A stretch of DNA of 64,000 bases, taken from the IMG/VR virus record IMGVR_UViG_2061766007_000813; one strand, written 5' to 3'. Within the stretch, counting starts at the first letter, position 1. Each line of letters opens with the position of its first letter. Of this stretch, positions 51,901 through 59,905 are shown one piece after another. The notes beneath the pieces are model-generated. The model saw nothing but the letters and a program-made list of their open reading frames with translations. It had not been told where the DNA came from and made no database searches. Position numbers and translations under genes: made by a program. The stretch comes from an uncultured virus (IMG/VR IMGVR_UViG_2061766007_000813) (Duplodnaviria > Heunggongvirae > Uroviricota > Caudoviricetes).

Positions 51901-53265
51901 CAGTACACGTTTGAATCGGTCGGCGACTATGTGAAGGATGCCGTCAGCAACACCGTCGTTCGGGATGCCGTGTCTGTCGAGAATCCATGCGTTATCCAGC
52001 TTCCAGACGGTCTATGGAGAATGTACTTCAACGCCGTGTTCTTCGATGGACATAAATACTATACAAAGATATTCAAGGCTGACACGGTTGATTTCGTGGA
52101 CTGGGGGCTGATAACGGAAGTGACTGTTTCCGCTGGAAATCAAATGAGAACCGATTACTACCAGCCGAATGTGACGGTCACGGTCAATGGCTCCTCCGCC
52201 CTGTTTGAAATGTACGCCGTGTCGAAAGACCATTATGTTTCCTCCCAGAACAACATAAGCTCCATCACGACAATCAAGAGGCTGACGAGTTCTAACGGGG
52301 TTGACTTTGTGTTCTCATCTTCAAACGAAGGCTCGGATGAAATCTACGTCGATTCAGACGGCGTGTACAACTTCTATTCCCCATGCCTCGTGAAATTCGA
52401 CAATGCAGGTTCTGAAAGGAAGAAGCTGTATTTCACACTCGAAAGCGCAAGGACTTCGGAAGACAGTGCGGTTACGGGAATAATATGTTCGATAGAATGG
52501 GATTCGGTCAACAACAGATGGAGGACTGAACCGTACAATGGATTGTCGAGAATCATCATGGAGAAGTCGTCGGTCGATTTCAACAGCAATATCGCAAGCG
52601 GACTCGGACGCATATTCAATGGATATGTGGCGACAACCGAATCCTATTTCAACCCGTGCGTCATCTGGGACTGGTTCAACGGATGCAGGGTTTTGAGAAT
52701 GTATTACAACACTTACGACCATCCATATGCGTATTCGCAAGAAGGTGGCGACATTGTTGAGGGAATAAATGAGCTGGTTATCAAGACGGATTATCTTGAA
52801 GAATGGAACTGGAGCTATGTTTCATTCCCGAACAATGTGAATATAACAGCCAATGGAAACGGGGCTGTTTTTGAATCAAGTCGGACCGCTGCGAACTACA
52901 TGGCTCGAATCATACCGACAAATCCTCTGATTTCCTGTATGGCGCAGGGAAAATGGATTGGGTATAATAATGTGGCGAACACGGATGCGATTCTGTTGCC
53001 AGAGACGAACAACGAGATGGATTATTCGCTCAAGAAGTATTCTCCATTGAACTGGATTGTGGAAAACAACTTGCGTGATGAATTCACGGCATGGCTGAAT
53101 GCGAACAACAAGAGTTCCAATGACGACAATGCATTGCTCTGGCTTATGGAGACAGGCAACTATCCGAAGTACCTGTGGTGGTCTAGAAAGGGTCCAGGAA
53201 TCTATCGATATGTCGGATATGAAGCCATCAAGGACAGTGAATGGAAAGGAAAGACACAGGAATAA
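42904..53265 (+). CDS. Giant (about 3,450 aa) probable virion structural protein with a C-terminal five-bladed beta-propeller-like region
   Basis: Uninterrupted ORF. CPKC...CQGC zinc-ribbon-like pair; five blade-like motifs (KPCVV, ENPCVI...WRMYF, YQPNV, YSPCLV, FNPCVI...RMYY). Likely ATG at 42904. Confidence 0.8.
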   Translation: MSSFYQTDIEIFYIDDFGEHHPLPCAFYASKPKFGWVLPEGVEQKSFRFEMRTRYPKSYIRNDVPVTTCAYFISRADVGNTPIPEYECESSITTRLNDGVLETINTWLGVCEVRLTITDFNGNTYCTHAHTNSDIYDFEANRQYKKWGSHNNAYYFCFDNDIRDERNLNQLSISISNIVGSVPNGWTCTLQISDLPLFGDDDTLAGELQSVDGMMPYGSVTTYVNLPPETSSSLSSAIPSGSFGIYYGKTYYYRARSDNGNEHTEWCNVRALRVIKNSVPVCQILGVSLPSERPNGEVIVTIRVDDDDHDYVKAWLAFSMRIDSQEDANQIGGVAVDGRNEVDANPYVGNTPPQPLTSYNNQTAGKFIRAVTKESLIHIPTGENIDVTWQTMTDNTYPLTAGAIMRNVYLYLFAYDGTDMGQSNFYPPSNVAQNGLTINNEAVEAPASGDSLTSIAFQTHGQIGWEMNYALLPDTMQRAFIKHTISSSSSSTMKAGEVGYVTGGASCNVSIGGKNVYGTYHDWYELHKMVENARGLYFLQRVTQDNNFSIYRYEKYNILYPSYSVYDNKFNDQNVFRKEGEPIIFEPNSNTGEENKDSRYATLDTIPCRGFVSFCPKCNKLYILKTVIKLADGTIYEDTYDESGTITETSLVKAFGANGERFDGTPYELMFKCQGCNTLYPMDMRYQTHMATGVFGSYFKDSYAYWHGYNSDLHLEDNELLQQQLELTRKHDYETLVEEWKAQWKIEHNTNSNPPDEDCPYVWVDVTKIQYAPGQQETASSDNAKFNTEEFGFIHDDVLLNLNPRPEFDAYMKVIPPVAKGYHELIYNDGAKLNASIEKDYMHDFETKGEGQDAIPGDKNLVKLAKQGPWWVQNRMMYEFFEGKKSIKSVKEGYVGANSYGDEEQEEEEDEQEEHEYGNNGEQITPQPLNGAKEYVVRGLAKVGNAMNEGMAVVLKRDLEEKRWWTILVNRMSCSGNVQFPMIIKRDVNDRFEYVVNDEKVVSGSILANGVNELYIDFPYEEGERDYQDIHTYYCNKFNESKTAFLDAMKKIFSPVFNFDFRDSSGESTNPPFLKTFSYTMVGDNVETIQNSNSGKNVDVVAKTIAFTLYGNTNLEVDDLKEQRYRKFELVKCENNCYKLFGIVPYVTHQATSQYIGKCITNNGYSEGGTPFLKMSSFPSNPDIKEEGPVRKEYEGKDEEYTYYYTERNATKRKYDVEESPVDNDIEEFRSYTEEVEGQDKPRNVVFRKPNTNPSQGEPLFTCYKDEVDENGYHFRFTPEDYKKTGKIYVRRYHVESCNPFPLDGYGYRNWIVVPIDGKPGRYRKQQMFNSRGATAVPKPIQVEVSSDGPIVTEIGWFPSENENAEPFSHDRSSSSSVAGQQQSEPEEKIYKRKKGLAWRNEMYPKTCVVFDYVDISEAMCKNPFTQEGESPLNHICPINFNAGIFDSILVDRYGIYVLGGYDLTDQQKSLQDDGLPYTQEFLYVDSETNSSSVLTEEMPNNWTPMIFNSPLDTEKDEARSITVLDMSKKNPSSSTENPEDIDKHEYATKTVNTYEKYKQTWEGKIPKPSLQKCELSQKTVEQFNPAFRASFGIWEKYGYQPSKTFQQYFKEDEDGMYVGKYIPMSSRLVHGIYRDPITGQKGDPYIDYRLVVEVMRERHIISDKTFMKVDDNYDKLPYLDYRIVGKSVYQRLPYFSGYPRSEHPLYATRPEPPYPYDRQWRIGGWKMFGRDSFQRDKEEAEEDAVNNAINPDNNGYYKEPIFDWEIESGGQIGELSSYVIDNSFLYLQDTWNNFNRLHWSVDTGSDLYLCLVAQQLNQEGGLAGSPFSVKTYHSFWNENIALSNLSSDAKGAWCIKYDGSLSDMIDMTETTDANGNSLFVEDVSYRFMLRAFRESNSGQITDVSGNITSSAFQISKRAVSPATIVKTDYDPWTKILTITFRFDDALGRDYDIVGFQYVENDIKNNVVSSFVKPGGEDSNGTSVLIGNLYNLASNLKTRNMMSDELLITHTLKVNIGTLGIGATANFRVKLLSALSSDRLGLTVPVFTVKMWANEFLKPIEEQIMSLQGYSTQWKWVETYDESTGKSTGKWTFLDKQNAIRTVGKIQETKNSIQAMSDKFEEWYGKTCKFCPEAIGDIDTLETWLKSGKNWDKFYYGYFFLTYLAWHVADGYYDDYTAYALTLKENERAETKARKWLQYKDIESEYESWYQERRLFILMSYRNSSNYVPTFSNSIKEATVSFDDACVEFAKNKGNEYKEYAGLETEDESSSSEGELVITPSEALRFIEDTKREKELISFYANKNMYGDTRFLERALVMYKLFGVTTEGLWGREASSSASSSSAMFAGEYETWLATSEYASLPLSDRYQVFLATALGNQKKTQIVTAYSPTDEITDERYSNAPIITDSISIKDATISNAGRTIAFSAWLQSPSGNGSSNSKKWQALSNTLSKQRKLLARCLNEKNMLETDFRRDLIRQGYFCNGFLENQPYVSTENSQNVNTCFRWRVETRQYEGSMDVSQDYNTKAYGSYDDRYDMYYHFQMDFFDTFDSQSGKPLTDVIFIGDDRILAGIDDADNSARTAPLEDKNYDNTNYVAQRQDLVVDRTESEKTKQQSSANIQDLRFTAIFGLPLAELPHIPILMENGKYDRESIELPEYWKWSWTEKPESESEEEPVYESNNLDFKSAYYWRVAPYNVLNVPCFETFKGKIRKDNGNIIIDWAFCSDQIRQCRRPQKLYYSTSMKSYPVWTKNRSCQALENKSQYIEASERPYSEVYTYTEWINKTLENKGYVQFLTDRPRRVDAVQTNVEVPGQAESYLVSNQHGFDRLPDALYGTYFRVNENVFSKNDDYYIYKATMNGTEYWFIGASYRSTETDNGTWMYRLECQYPELATNAFDKNGDSLPVSVFASFGSSTQTTVSKPVLSFINDNIGNYDTQWIPFNVERRKPCVVRLDDENQYLMFTHKKTGMSVNGDVAYPVNVITMSRGFSNDVFGEEGMCIPQYTFESVGDYVKDAVSNTVVRDAVSVENPCVIQLPDGLWRMYFNAVFFDGHKYYTKIFKADTVDFVDWGLITEVTVSAGNQMRTDYYQPNVTVTVNGSSALFEMYAVSKDHYVSSQNNISSITTIKRLTSSNGVDFVFSSSNEGSDEIYVDSDGVYNFYSPCLVKFDNAGSERKKLYFTLESARTSEDSAVTGIICSIEWDSVNNRWRTEPYNGLSRIIMEKSSVDFNSNIASGLGRIFNGYVATTESYFNPCVIWDWFNGCRVLRMYYNTYDHPYAYSQEGGDIVEGINELVIKTDYLEEWNWSYVSFPNNVNITANGNGAVFESSRTAANYMARIIPTNPLISCMAQGKWIGYNNVANTDAILLPETNNEMDYSLKKYSPLNWIVENNLRDEFTAWLNANNKSSNDDNALLWLMETGNYPKYLWWSRKGPGIYRYVGYEAIKDSEWKGKTQE

Positions 53266-53280
53266 AGGAGAAAACTGGAA

Positions 53281-53652
53281 ATGGCTAATTTCAGCGTAAG
53301 CCCAAGAATACAAATCGGTGGTCAGTCTTTTTCACCCCAGCATGGAATCAATTTGTCTCCTGTGGAGAACAGCGACCTTGAAGCCACCCCGCCCAATCCG
53401 AACGGAGACCAGCCGAGCGAGGCAATGTACGCCTACCAGAACCACGACAAGGATTTCAACTTCCAGAAGATAACACCTCCGATGTATGGACCAAACGACA
53501 GTATTGCACGTCATACGGGAATACCAGCCAATGAGCCTGATTTCATCGCGGATTTCCATTTCATCGGAATCATGAGAGCCGTGGACGACATGCTTCGCCA
53601 CAGGTACTCTGGTTATATTGGTGGCAGTTATGATACGCCTGGAACCACCTGA
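53281..53652 (+). CDS. Hypothetical Pro-rich protein
   Basis: 123 aa with an AAGGAG SD, directly after the giant gene. Confidence 0.72.
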   Translation: MANFSVSPRIQIGGQSFSPQHGINLSPVENSDLEATPPNPNGDQPSEAMYAYQNHDKDFNFQKITPPMYGPNDSIARHTGIPANEPDFIADFHFIGIMRAVDDMLRHRYSGYIGGSYDTPGTT

Positions 53653-53656
53653 TGAC

Positions 53657-53741
53657 TTGAAATATTTAAAAGACAAGCCATATTAAATTGTAAAAAATAT
53701 CGCGCATCTACTTGCAATTTTCATTCTACGGTGTATATTAA
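53657..53741 (+). promoter_or_regulatory. Two tandem sigma70-like promoters
   Basis: TTGAAA-N16-CATATTAA (53657-53686) and TTGCAA-N16-TATATTAA (53712-53741). Confidence 0.65.
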
Positions 53742-53873
53742 TATAGTGACGATGAAAAATTCATTTGTTTTTTGAAGGCGAATGAAAAAATTCGTTTATA
53801 TTAAGTCTTATTATGAATGGCAAAATAGTTAAAAGAGTAAGAAAACAAATTAACTTCAAAAAAGGAGAAAAAC

Positions 53874-54596
53874 ATGAGAAAATTAATTGTTCTTTGCTTG
53901 GTGGCTCTTGCCACTGTGTCTATGGCTGGTATCAAATCCCTTGAAGGATACTCCAACAACGCCACCTTCGTCCAGTTCACCCACAATGACTTGACAAACA
54001 CTGGAAATTACCGTGACGGACAGAATCCTGGTCAGAACTGGCTTGGTGCCCAGACCATCATGCTGACCATCGATTCGGAAATGGATTTGTGGTTCTCCAA
54101 CTACATCTCATCGTGGTATTACCCGAAACCGATGACGAACCTTGACGGCAATATCTACGACATGTCCGCTGAATTGTACGGTGTGTTCAATTCTGAACAG
54201 CAATGGCTCGGAAATGGTCAGACCGCCACGGTCACGTACTTCGATGACGGAACTGGCATCACGAACAGCACGGATGCCTATTACGTCGGTCACTTCAACG
54301 GCGGTGAAACCGTCTATCTGATGATGACGACCCTTCCTGACGACGGTGCGGAAACGATTGATTCACGTCAGTACGTCTTTGATTCGGCTCATGACACTAC
54401 GCTCTGGTCTCGTCTGGACAATACTTACGACCTTGCTGGCAATGTCCGCATCAACTTCGGTCTTGAAGATTATGTCGCCCACGAATTCGTGGCATTCGGC
54501 GTGTCCGAGCCANNNNNNNNNNNAAGCACGTTGGCTACTTGCCTGATTGCTGGAAGCGTCATTCCTTTCCTGAAGAGACGCAAACAGAGAAAGTAA
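53874..54596 (+). CDS. Secreted protein with a PEP-CTERM-like C-terminal sorting signal
   Basis: Signal peptide MRKLIVLCLVALATVSMA; C-terminus GVSEP-[gap]-hydrophobic helix-KRRKQRK. Confidence 0.7.
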   Translation: MRKLIVLCLVALATVSMAGIKSLEGYSNNATFVQFTHNDLTNTGNYRDGQNPGQNWLGAQTIMLTIDSEMDLWFSNYISSWYYPKPMTNLDGNIYDMSAELYGVFNSEQQWLGNGQTATVTYFDDGTGITNSTDAYYVGHFNGGETVYLMMTTLPDDGAETIDSRQYVFDSAHDTTLWSRLDNTYDLAGNVRINFGLEDYVAHEFVAFGVSEPXXXXSTLATCLIAGSVIPFLKRRKQRK

Positions 54597-54619
54597 TCCT
54601 TACATTTAATTAATATAAG

Positions 54620-54652
54620 AGAGGAGGCAATTGATTTGCCTCCTCTTTTTTT
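54620..54652 (+). terminator. Intrinsic terminator
   Basis: AGAGGAGGCAA/TTGCCTCCTCT stem followed by a T-run. Confidence 0.85.
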
Positions 54653-54663
54653 GTCTTTTTTAT

Positions 54664-54693
54664 TTGACTTTCTCAATTCATGCGACATATTAA
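54664..54693 (+). promoter_or_regulatory. Sigma70-like promoter, TTGACT-N16-CATATTAA
   Basis: Recurring motif upstream of the VWA gene. Confidence 0.7.
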
Positions 54694-54739
54694 AGACAAC
54701 GATTGACTTAATTCGTATTCAAAAACAAAGGAGATTAAA

Positions 54740-56438
54740 ATGAGTATTGACGTTGAACAATTCATGGCGAATCTGAGAGTGCATCTGTTGCGTACCCATT
54801 GCTTCTATGGCAATGTGCTTGCGCAGTTGCCGACCGTGTTTGACAACAAGGCTGTTCCGACCCTCGGTGTCGGCAAGCAGAACAAGAACGAGCTTCTTGT
54901 CAAGCTTTTTGTCAATCCCGACTATGTGGAGCATGTCATCGATGTTTGCAATCGTGACAAGAAAAAGGTCGTTGACCACTTTACGGAAGTTCTCAAACAC
55001 GAAATCCATCACCTTATCTTCGAGCATCTTACGCTGACGTTGCCCGACAAGTCGCGCCAGATGGTCGCAACGGAATGCTCCGTCAATTCCTATATTGACA
55101 GAAGTCTGCTTGTTCCCGAAGACGGTCAGGACAAGGCTGGTGTCTTCCCAGAGGATTTTGGTCTTGAATCCAAGCTTGGTGTCCACGAATATTATGCGCG
55201 TCTTGAAGGGAACAAGAAGTTCATGAAGATGCGTGGACAGGAAATCAGAAAGCAGTTGGGCAATGGGAAGAACCAGAAGTCCGAAGAGCAGAAGAAACTG
55301 GATGAACTCGCCGAAGAGCAGGAACAGGCTTCCAAGGATACTGCGTCTGGAAAGAACGGAAACGGACAGCAGATGGAACAGCAGGACGGCATCAGCGACA
55401 AGACGCAACAGCGTCTTGACGATATGAACGGTCAGCAAAGCGGTCAGAATGGTCAGCAGTCCAGTAATTCCCAGAGCGGTCAGGGTCAGGGCAAGGGACA
55501 TCAGAAAGCGCAACAGAAGTTGCAGGAAGCACGTGACTTGCAGGACGAGGCTTCTGACGACTTGAACAATGGAAACATGGATGACGCTGCGGAAAAACAG
55601 CATCAGGCTTCCAAAAAGATTCAGGAAGCGTCGGATGCCCTCGGCGAAGACAATGGCAATGGAAAAGGTCAAGGCAATGGTCAGAATGGCGAAGATGGTG
55701 ACGGCGAGGGCGGAATCTCGATGATTGACTCCCATGACATGTGGGATTCGGTCGCAGGTGACGAAATCACCAACGGCATGATTAAGGACATCATCCGTCA
55801 GGCGAACGAAACCTGCAAGCAGATGAACTCGTGGGGCAACCTGCCTGGTGAAATCAAGGATGCCATTGAGAATGCATACGCCATCGAACGCGAAATCGTC
55901 CCGTGGGAAGTCGTCTTGAAGAANNNNNNNNNNATCGTCCTCGGAGAACATCCTCGACTATACGATGAAGCGCAAGAGCAAACGTTACGACACGCGACCT
56001 GGAACCAAAAAAGACGATGTTTTGTCTGTCGCAATCGGCATCGACACGTCAGGCTCCATCGACAACGAAATGCTCGGTGTGTTCTTCAACGAATTGCGTT
56101 GGATTGACAAGACTGGCACGAAGATGACGGTCTTCGAGTGGGACACGCAGGTGAACCGTGAGTACGACTTCCATGAATTCGACGGCACGGTGAGCGGACG
56201 TGGCGGTACAGACCCGACCGACTTCCTTGAAAAAGTCAGCGAACGCAAGTTCGATTGCGTTATCATCTTTACCGACCTGTACTTCTCCAACATTGAAAAG
56301 GACTACAACATGCCGATGCTTTGGATTTGCGACAGGGGCGGATATAACTTCGGCGATGATTATGATTTCCCTGTCAAGGAAGGAATCATCATGAAAGTCA
56401 ATGACGAAAGAGATGGCTTTGAAGTGGTTAGAATGTAA
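54740..56438 (+). CDS. DUF2201-like metallopeptidase + VWA domain protein (one gene; the frame break is at the N-gap 55924-55933)
   Basis: VLKHEIHH (HExxH), Gly/Gln/Asn linker, DSHDMW, VPWEVVL, then RKSKRY...PG, IDTSGSI (MIDAS), GRGGTD and IIFTD. Confidence 0.85.
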
Positions 56439-56468
56439 ATCAAATTGGTAAAATAATATATGACAATC

Positions 56469-56505
56469 CCCTGTGTTGTTGGTGGTTGACGGCACAGGGT
56501 TTTTT
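56469..56505 (+). terminator. Intrinsic terminator, directly followed by TATAATA
   Basis: CCCTGTGTTGTT/GACGGCACAGGG stem (with GU pairs) and a T-run merging into TATAAT at 56505-56510. Confidence 0.72.
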
Positions 56506-56521
56506 ATAATAAGAGGATAAC

Positions 56522-57415
56522 ATGTCTGACATTAAACTGCTTGAGAAAATACAGGAATACGACAAGGCTCACTGCTACCAGTATCAGAAACGCATCGATA
56601 CGCTTCAGGAGGACATGGAAAAGCACGGGTGGACGGAAGAAGACGTAAAGAGCATATCGCTTGACGAATTTGAATTTGCTCCGATTACGACAGAGGAAGG
56701 AAAGAAAGAGGCGACTGACTTCATTAAGAGGTATGAATGGCTTGGGACTATCGGCTCGTTCCCGACGCATTGGTTTGAGGCGAGGTACAGGGGGATTCTC
56801 GGCGGTGTCGTCATCATGGGGATGCCGAATGCATTTTCCAAGATGCTGGGCGATGATACGAAGAGCATCGAACGCTTGATTTCCCGTGGGGCATCCGCCT
56901 CGTGGTGTCCTTTCAATCTCGGAAGCAAATTCCTGATGTGGGCTATCAAATGGATGGTTGACAACACGCAGTACCGTCTGTTCACATGCTACAGCGACCC
57001 GCAGGCTAAGGAGATTGGTAGCATCTATCAAGGGCTTAATTTCTATTATCTTGGGCAAGGGCATGGCACGGCGACAAGATGCGTGAATCCGTATAATCCA
57101 AATGCTCTCATTTCCGACCGTGCGTTTCGTGCGAGAAGCATGTATAAACGGTATGCCAAGGACTTGGGAATCGAGTGGCAGAAGGACTGGAACAACGACC
57201 AGCGGATGCTGTGGGAGAACATTCCAGATGATGTCGAACAGAAGTTGCGCGACTACTCGAAGGAGATGTACGCCAAGTCGAAGAAGATAACATTCCCGAA
57301 CAAGCACAAGTACGCTTTTGTCCTAGGACGGGACAGGAAGGAGACGAAGATTTTGCGCAGGGAATTTGAATCATTGAACAAAGTGTATCCTTATCCGAAG
57401 GAACGCGGAAAGTAG
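56522..57415 (+). CDS. Mom-like GNAT-fold DNA base-modification protein
   Basis: FIKRYEWLG, GVVIMGMP, NLGSKFL, CYSDPQAKEIGSIYQGLNFYYLG and KHKY match the Mom-family YxD...G.IYQA.NF.Y.G pattern. Confidence 0.7.
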   Translation: MSDIKLLEKIQEYDKAHCYQYQKRIDTLQEDMEKHGWTEEDVKSISLDEFEFAPITTEEGKKEATDFIKRYEWLGTIGSFPTHWFEARYRGILGGVVIMGMPNAFSKMLGDDTKSIERLISRGASASWCPFNLGSKFLMWAIKWMVDNTQYRLFTCYSDPQAKEIGSIYQGLNFYYLGQGHGTATRCVNPYNPNALISDRAFRARSMYKRYAKDLGIEWQKDWNNDQRMLWENIPDDVEQKLRDYSKEMYAKSKKITFPNKHKYAFVLGRDRKETKILRREFESLNKVYPYPKERGK

Positions 57416-57431
57416 AATCAGGAGAAACAGT

Positions 57432-58058
57432 ATGAATAATCAAGGCGGGTTGAGCACGGGTGATGTGGCAAGAAGGGTTCTTGAAAGAGAGCCTGAGAAA
57501 TTGCAGGAGGAATTGAAGGCGAGACAGAAGGAACTCGGTCTTCGTGACATGATTCCGAAGCATAATCAAGGTGTGTTCCAACAGCTTGCCGATGTCGATG
57601 CTGAAAAACACAATATTGAAGACCAGATGGCGAAAGCTCGCGAGGAACGAGAGAAACGTACTGCTGAAGAAAGAAAAGCCAAACAGAAATCCTTCAAGGA
57701 AAAGCTCCGCCTGTATCTGATGCAACAGGAGCGCAAGGCGTTGGATGCGTATAACAAGAGAAGAATCGTGTTCGACGATTTTGAGGAGGACAAGCTCCGC
57801 ATGCTGTCGTTCAGGGTGCTCATTAGGCAACGCATACCAATCCACAGCGAGGACGAGCTGATTGAAGTCCCAGAATCCTTTGACAGAAGCGACCCATATC
57901 CTCAGAACGATGTGGTCTGCATCGGCGACGGAGTGGACGGAATCGAAGTCGGAGATGTCGTCGTCGCGGAGAAGTACGCGGGTGTCGAGATTGTAAAAGG
58001 GAAAGAGATATACAGGATTGTGTATGACGAGGACATTTTGTTCAAAGTGGAGAAATGA
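57432..58058 (+). CDS. GroES/Cpn10-like co-chaperonin with an N-terminal coiled-coil extension
   Basis: LRMLSFRVLIR...VVCIGDGVDGIEVGDVVVAEKYAGVEI...YRIVYDEDIL. Confidence 0.78.
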   Translation: MNNQGGLSTGDVARRVLEREPEKLQEELKARQKELGLRDMIPKHNQGVFQQLADVDAEKHNIEDQMAKAREEREKRTAEERKAKQKSFKEKLRLYLMQQERKALDAYNKRRIVFDDFEEDKLRMLSFRVLIRQRIPIHSEDELIEVPESFDRSDPYPQNDVVCIGDGVDGIEVGDVVVAEKYAGVEIVKGKEIYRIVYDEDILFKVEK

Positions 58059-58894
58059 CAACAATGCCAGAGGAAGAAAAAGTCAAATTGGTTGAACTTT
58101 TCAAAGAGCCGAACATCTTCAAGCGTTGCTGGTGGAGAATCGAGAACTTTTTCAGGGAATGGATTTATCCAGCGTACAGTTTGAAGAATTCTTTATTTTA
58201 TCGCTATGATATTGTGAGGATGCACGACATCCCACGGACGCAGTATAGCGATGTCTTGGAGCGCGTGTTTCTGGCGAACATGGAGTTGCTTGTTGATTTC
58301 ATGGAGAAGGAGAATCCTGAAAAACACGTCGTCTGGTACAAGGACGAGTATGGCAATGAAGGGCATAAGTACGGCGAGTACGAACACGCCAACGACATTC
58401 CGATTCTTTTCCCTGAATATGAAGGGAAGTATGTCATGGACATTTTGAAGGAACTGCATCGCTGGTGGAAAACGGATTATCCGAATCTGGTTGAGGAAAA
58501 GGATATTCTGCTTTCGTTCTGGTGCAAGTATGTCTGTGGCGTGATGAAAAGCAAGCCGTGGAAAGGCGAAGTGGACGAAGACATGAAGGAGAAGAAACAG
58601 CTTTCCTTCTGGCAGAAGACACTTCAGTTCCTTAAAATCAAGGAGTACGACGAAGAAGAGGAATTCCAAGAAATCGTGTTCGACACAAGCGAATGCCCGA
58701 CCAGCCTTGACGATTTCAAAGACGAGCAGGTGAACTGGGAAGTCATCGACAAGTATCTCGACGGCGACAGGAACAACATTTTCGTCGAAAGATTCATCAA
58801 AAGCAAGTTGGACAATCTGGTACAGAGAATCGAGCAGGAGAAGCAAAGGAACCTGCATCTTTTCATTGAAATGAGAAACTACCTTTGGACGTGA
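58055..58894 (+). CDS. Hypothetical protein
   Basis: 279-aa ORF with an ATGA overlap with the previous gene. Confidence 0.72.
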   Translation: MTTMPEEEKVKLVELFKEPNIFKRCWWRIENFFREWIYPAYSLKNSLFYRYDIVRMHDIPRTQYSDVLERVFLANMELLVDFMEKENPEKHVVWYKDEYGNEGHKYGEYEHANDIPILFPEYEGKYVMDILKELHRWWKTDYPNLVEEKDILLSFWCKYVCGVMKSKPWKGEVDEDMKEKKQLSFWQKTLQFLKIKEYDEEEEFQEIVFDTSECPTSLDDFKDEQVNWEVIDKYLDGDRNNIFVERFIKSKLDNLVQRIEQEKQRNLHLFIEMRNYLWT

Positions 58895-58898
58895 ATAA

Positions 58899-59402
58899 AT
58901 GGAAATAGAGCAAATCGCATTGTCTAAATTGAGAAAGACCAAGCTGTTGAAGAGGAAGCATTCCCAAGACCAGCTTGACCGCTGTGTGCATTCTGTCATC
59001 ACATACGGTCAGTATTCCCCGCTGGTCGTGTCAGGAAACGAAATCCTCTGCGGGACGCTCGTATACGACGCGCTGAAACGCCTCAAGATGCGTCATGCCA
59101 AGATAGTGCAGGTAGGCGAGCTTTCAGAGGAGAAAAAAAGGGAGTTGCGCTACCTCGACAATCGGACGTTTGAAATGTCTTTCTGGAAGGATGAGGAATT
59201 GAAGATGTTTCTCATGGGGCTTGAAAAGGAACAGCTTGAGAACTGCGGTTTCAAGGAGGACGAGGTGGAGCAGATGATTAACGGATTTCAAGAGGAGGCG
59301 AAAGCCATGAAGAAGTCCATCATAAAAGAATTGAACGAACAACAAGAAACATGGTACTGCCCAGAATGCGGATGGACTGGGACGATAGAGGAAGACAAAT
59401 GA
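58899..59402 (+). CDS. ParB/sulfiredoxin-like domain protein with a C-terminal zinc knuckle
   Basis: HSQDQL...SVITYGQYSPLVV...ILCG...DNRT...W, then CPECG. The usual GHxR motif is degenerate. Confidence 0.68.
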   Translation: MEIEQIALSKLRKTKLLKRKHSQDQLDRCVHSVITYGQYSPLVVSGNEILCGTLVYDALKRLKMRHAKIVQVGELSEEKKRELRYLDNRTFEMSFWKDEELKMFLMGLEKEQLENCGFKEDEVEQMINGFQEEAKAMKKSIIKELNEQQETWYCPECGWTGTIEEDK

Positions 59403-59905
59403 GCAAATACAAATTTATACTCGACATTGACGGCGTGTTCACGGATGGAAGATTTTATTACACCGAACAGGGAAAGGTGATGAAGCAGTTCGGAGCGGAC
59501 GACCACGATGCCATTAAGCTGATTAAGAACGATGTGGATGTCATCATGATTTCTGGTGACTGGCGAGGGTACAACATCTCGTCGCTTCGGGTCAGGGACA
59601 TGGGATTCGAGCTTCATAAGGTGGCGGGAAACGAGGAAAGGGTGAAATGGATGCACGAGCAGTTCGGCGACGACCTTTCCAACATCATCTACATGGGCGA
59701 CGGATTGACGGATGCCCATGCATTCATGGAAGTCGGTTATGCGATATGCCCCAACAATGCGAGCGAATTTGTTAAAAAGTACGCCAATTACATATGCATG
59801 ACGGACGGAGGGCATCGCGCCGTGGCTGAAGCCGTGTTCCACATCTACTCCCATTTCCTTGGAAAATCGTTTGAGGACGTGATGGGGATAAAAGAGAAAA
59901 AGTGA
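59399..59905 (+). CDS. KdsC-like HAD phosphatase
   Basis: LDIDGVFTDG, KQFGADD, ISG, YMGDGLTD and GGHRAVAE motifs. Confidence 0.82.
   Translation: MSKYKFILDIDGVFTDGRFYYTEQGKVMKQFGADDHDAIKLIKNDVDVIMISGDWRGYNISSLRVRDMGFELHKVAGNEERVKWMHEQFGDDLSNIIYMGDGLTDAHAFMEVGYAICPNNASEFVKKYANYICMTDGGHRAVAEAVFHIYSHFLGKSFEDVMGIKEKK

Noticed and set aside
55900..55970. Apparent frameshift or pseudogene in the VWA gene
   Set aside because: The break coincides with an N-gap of arbitrary length and both parts have intact motifs. The same applies to the breaks at 7691, 4056-4207 and 34901.
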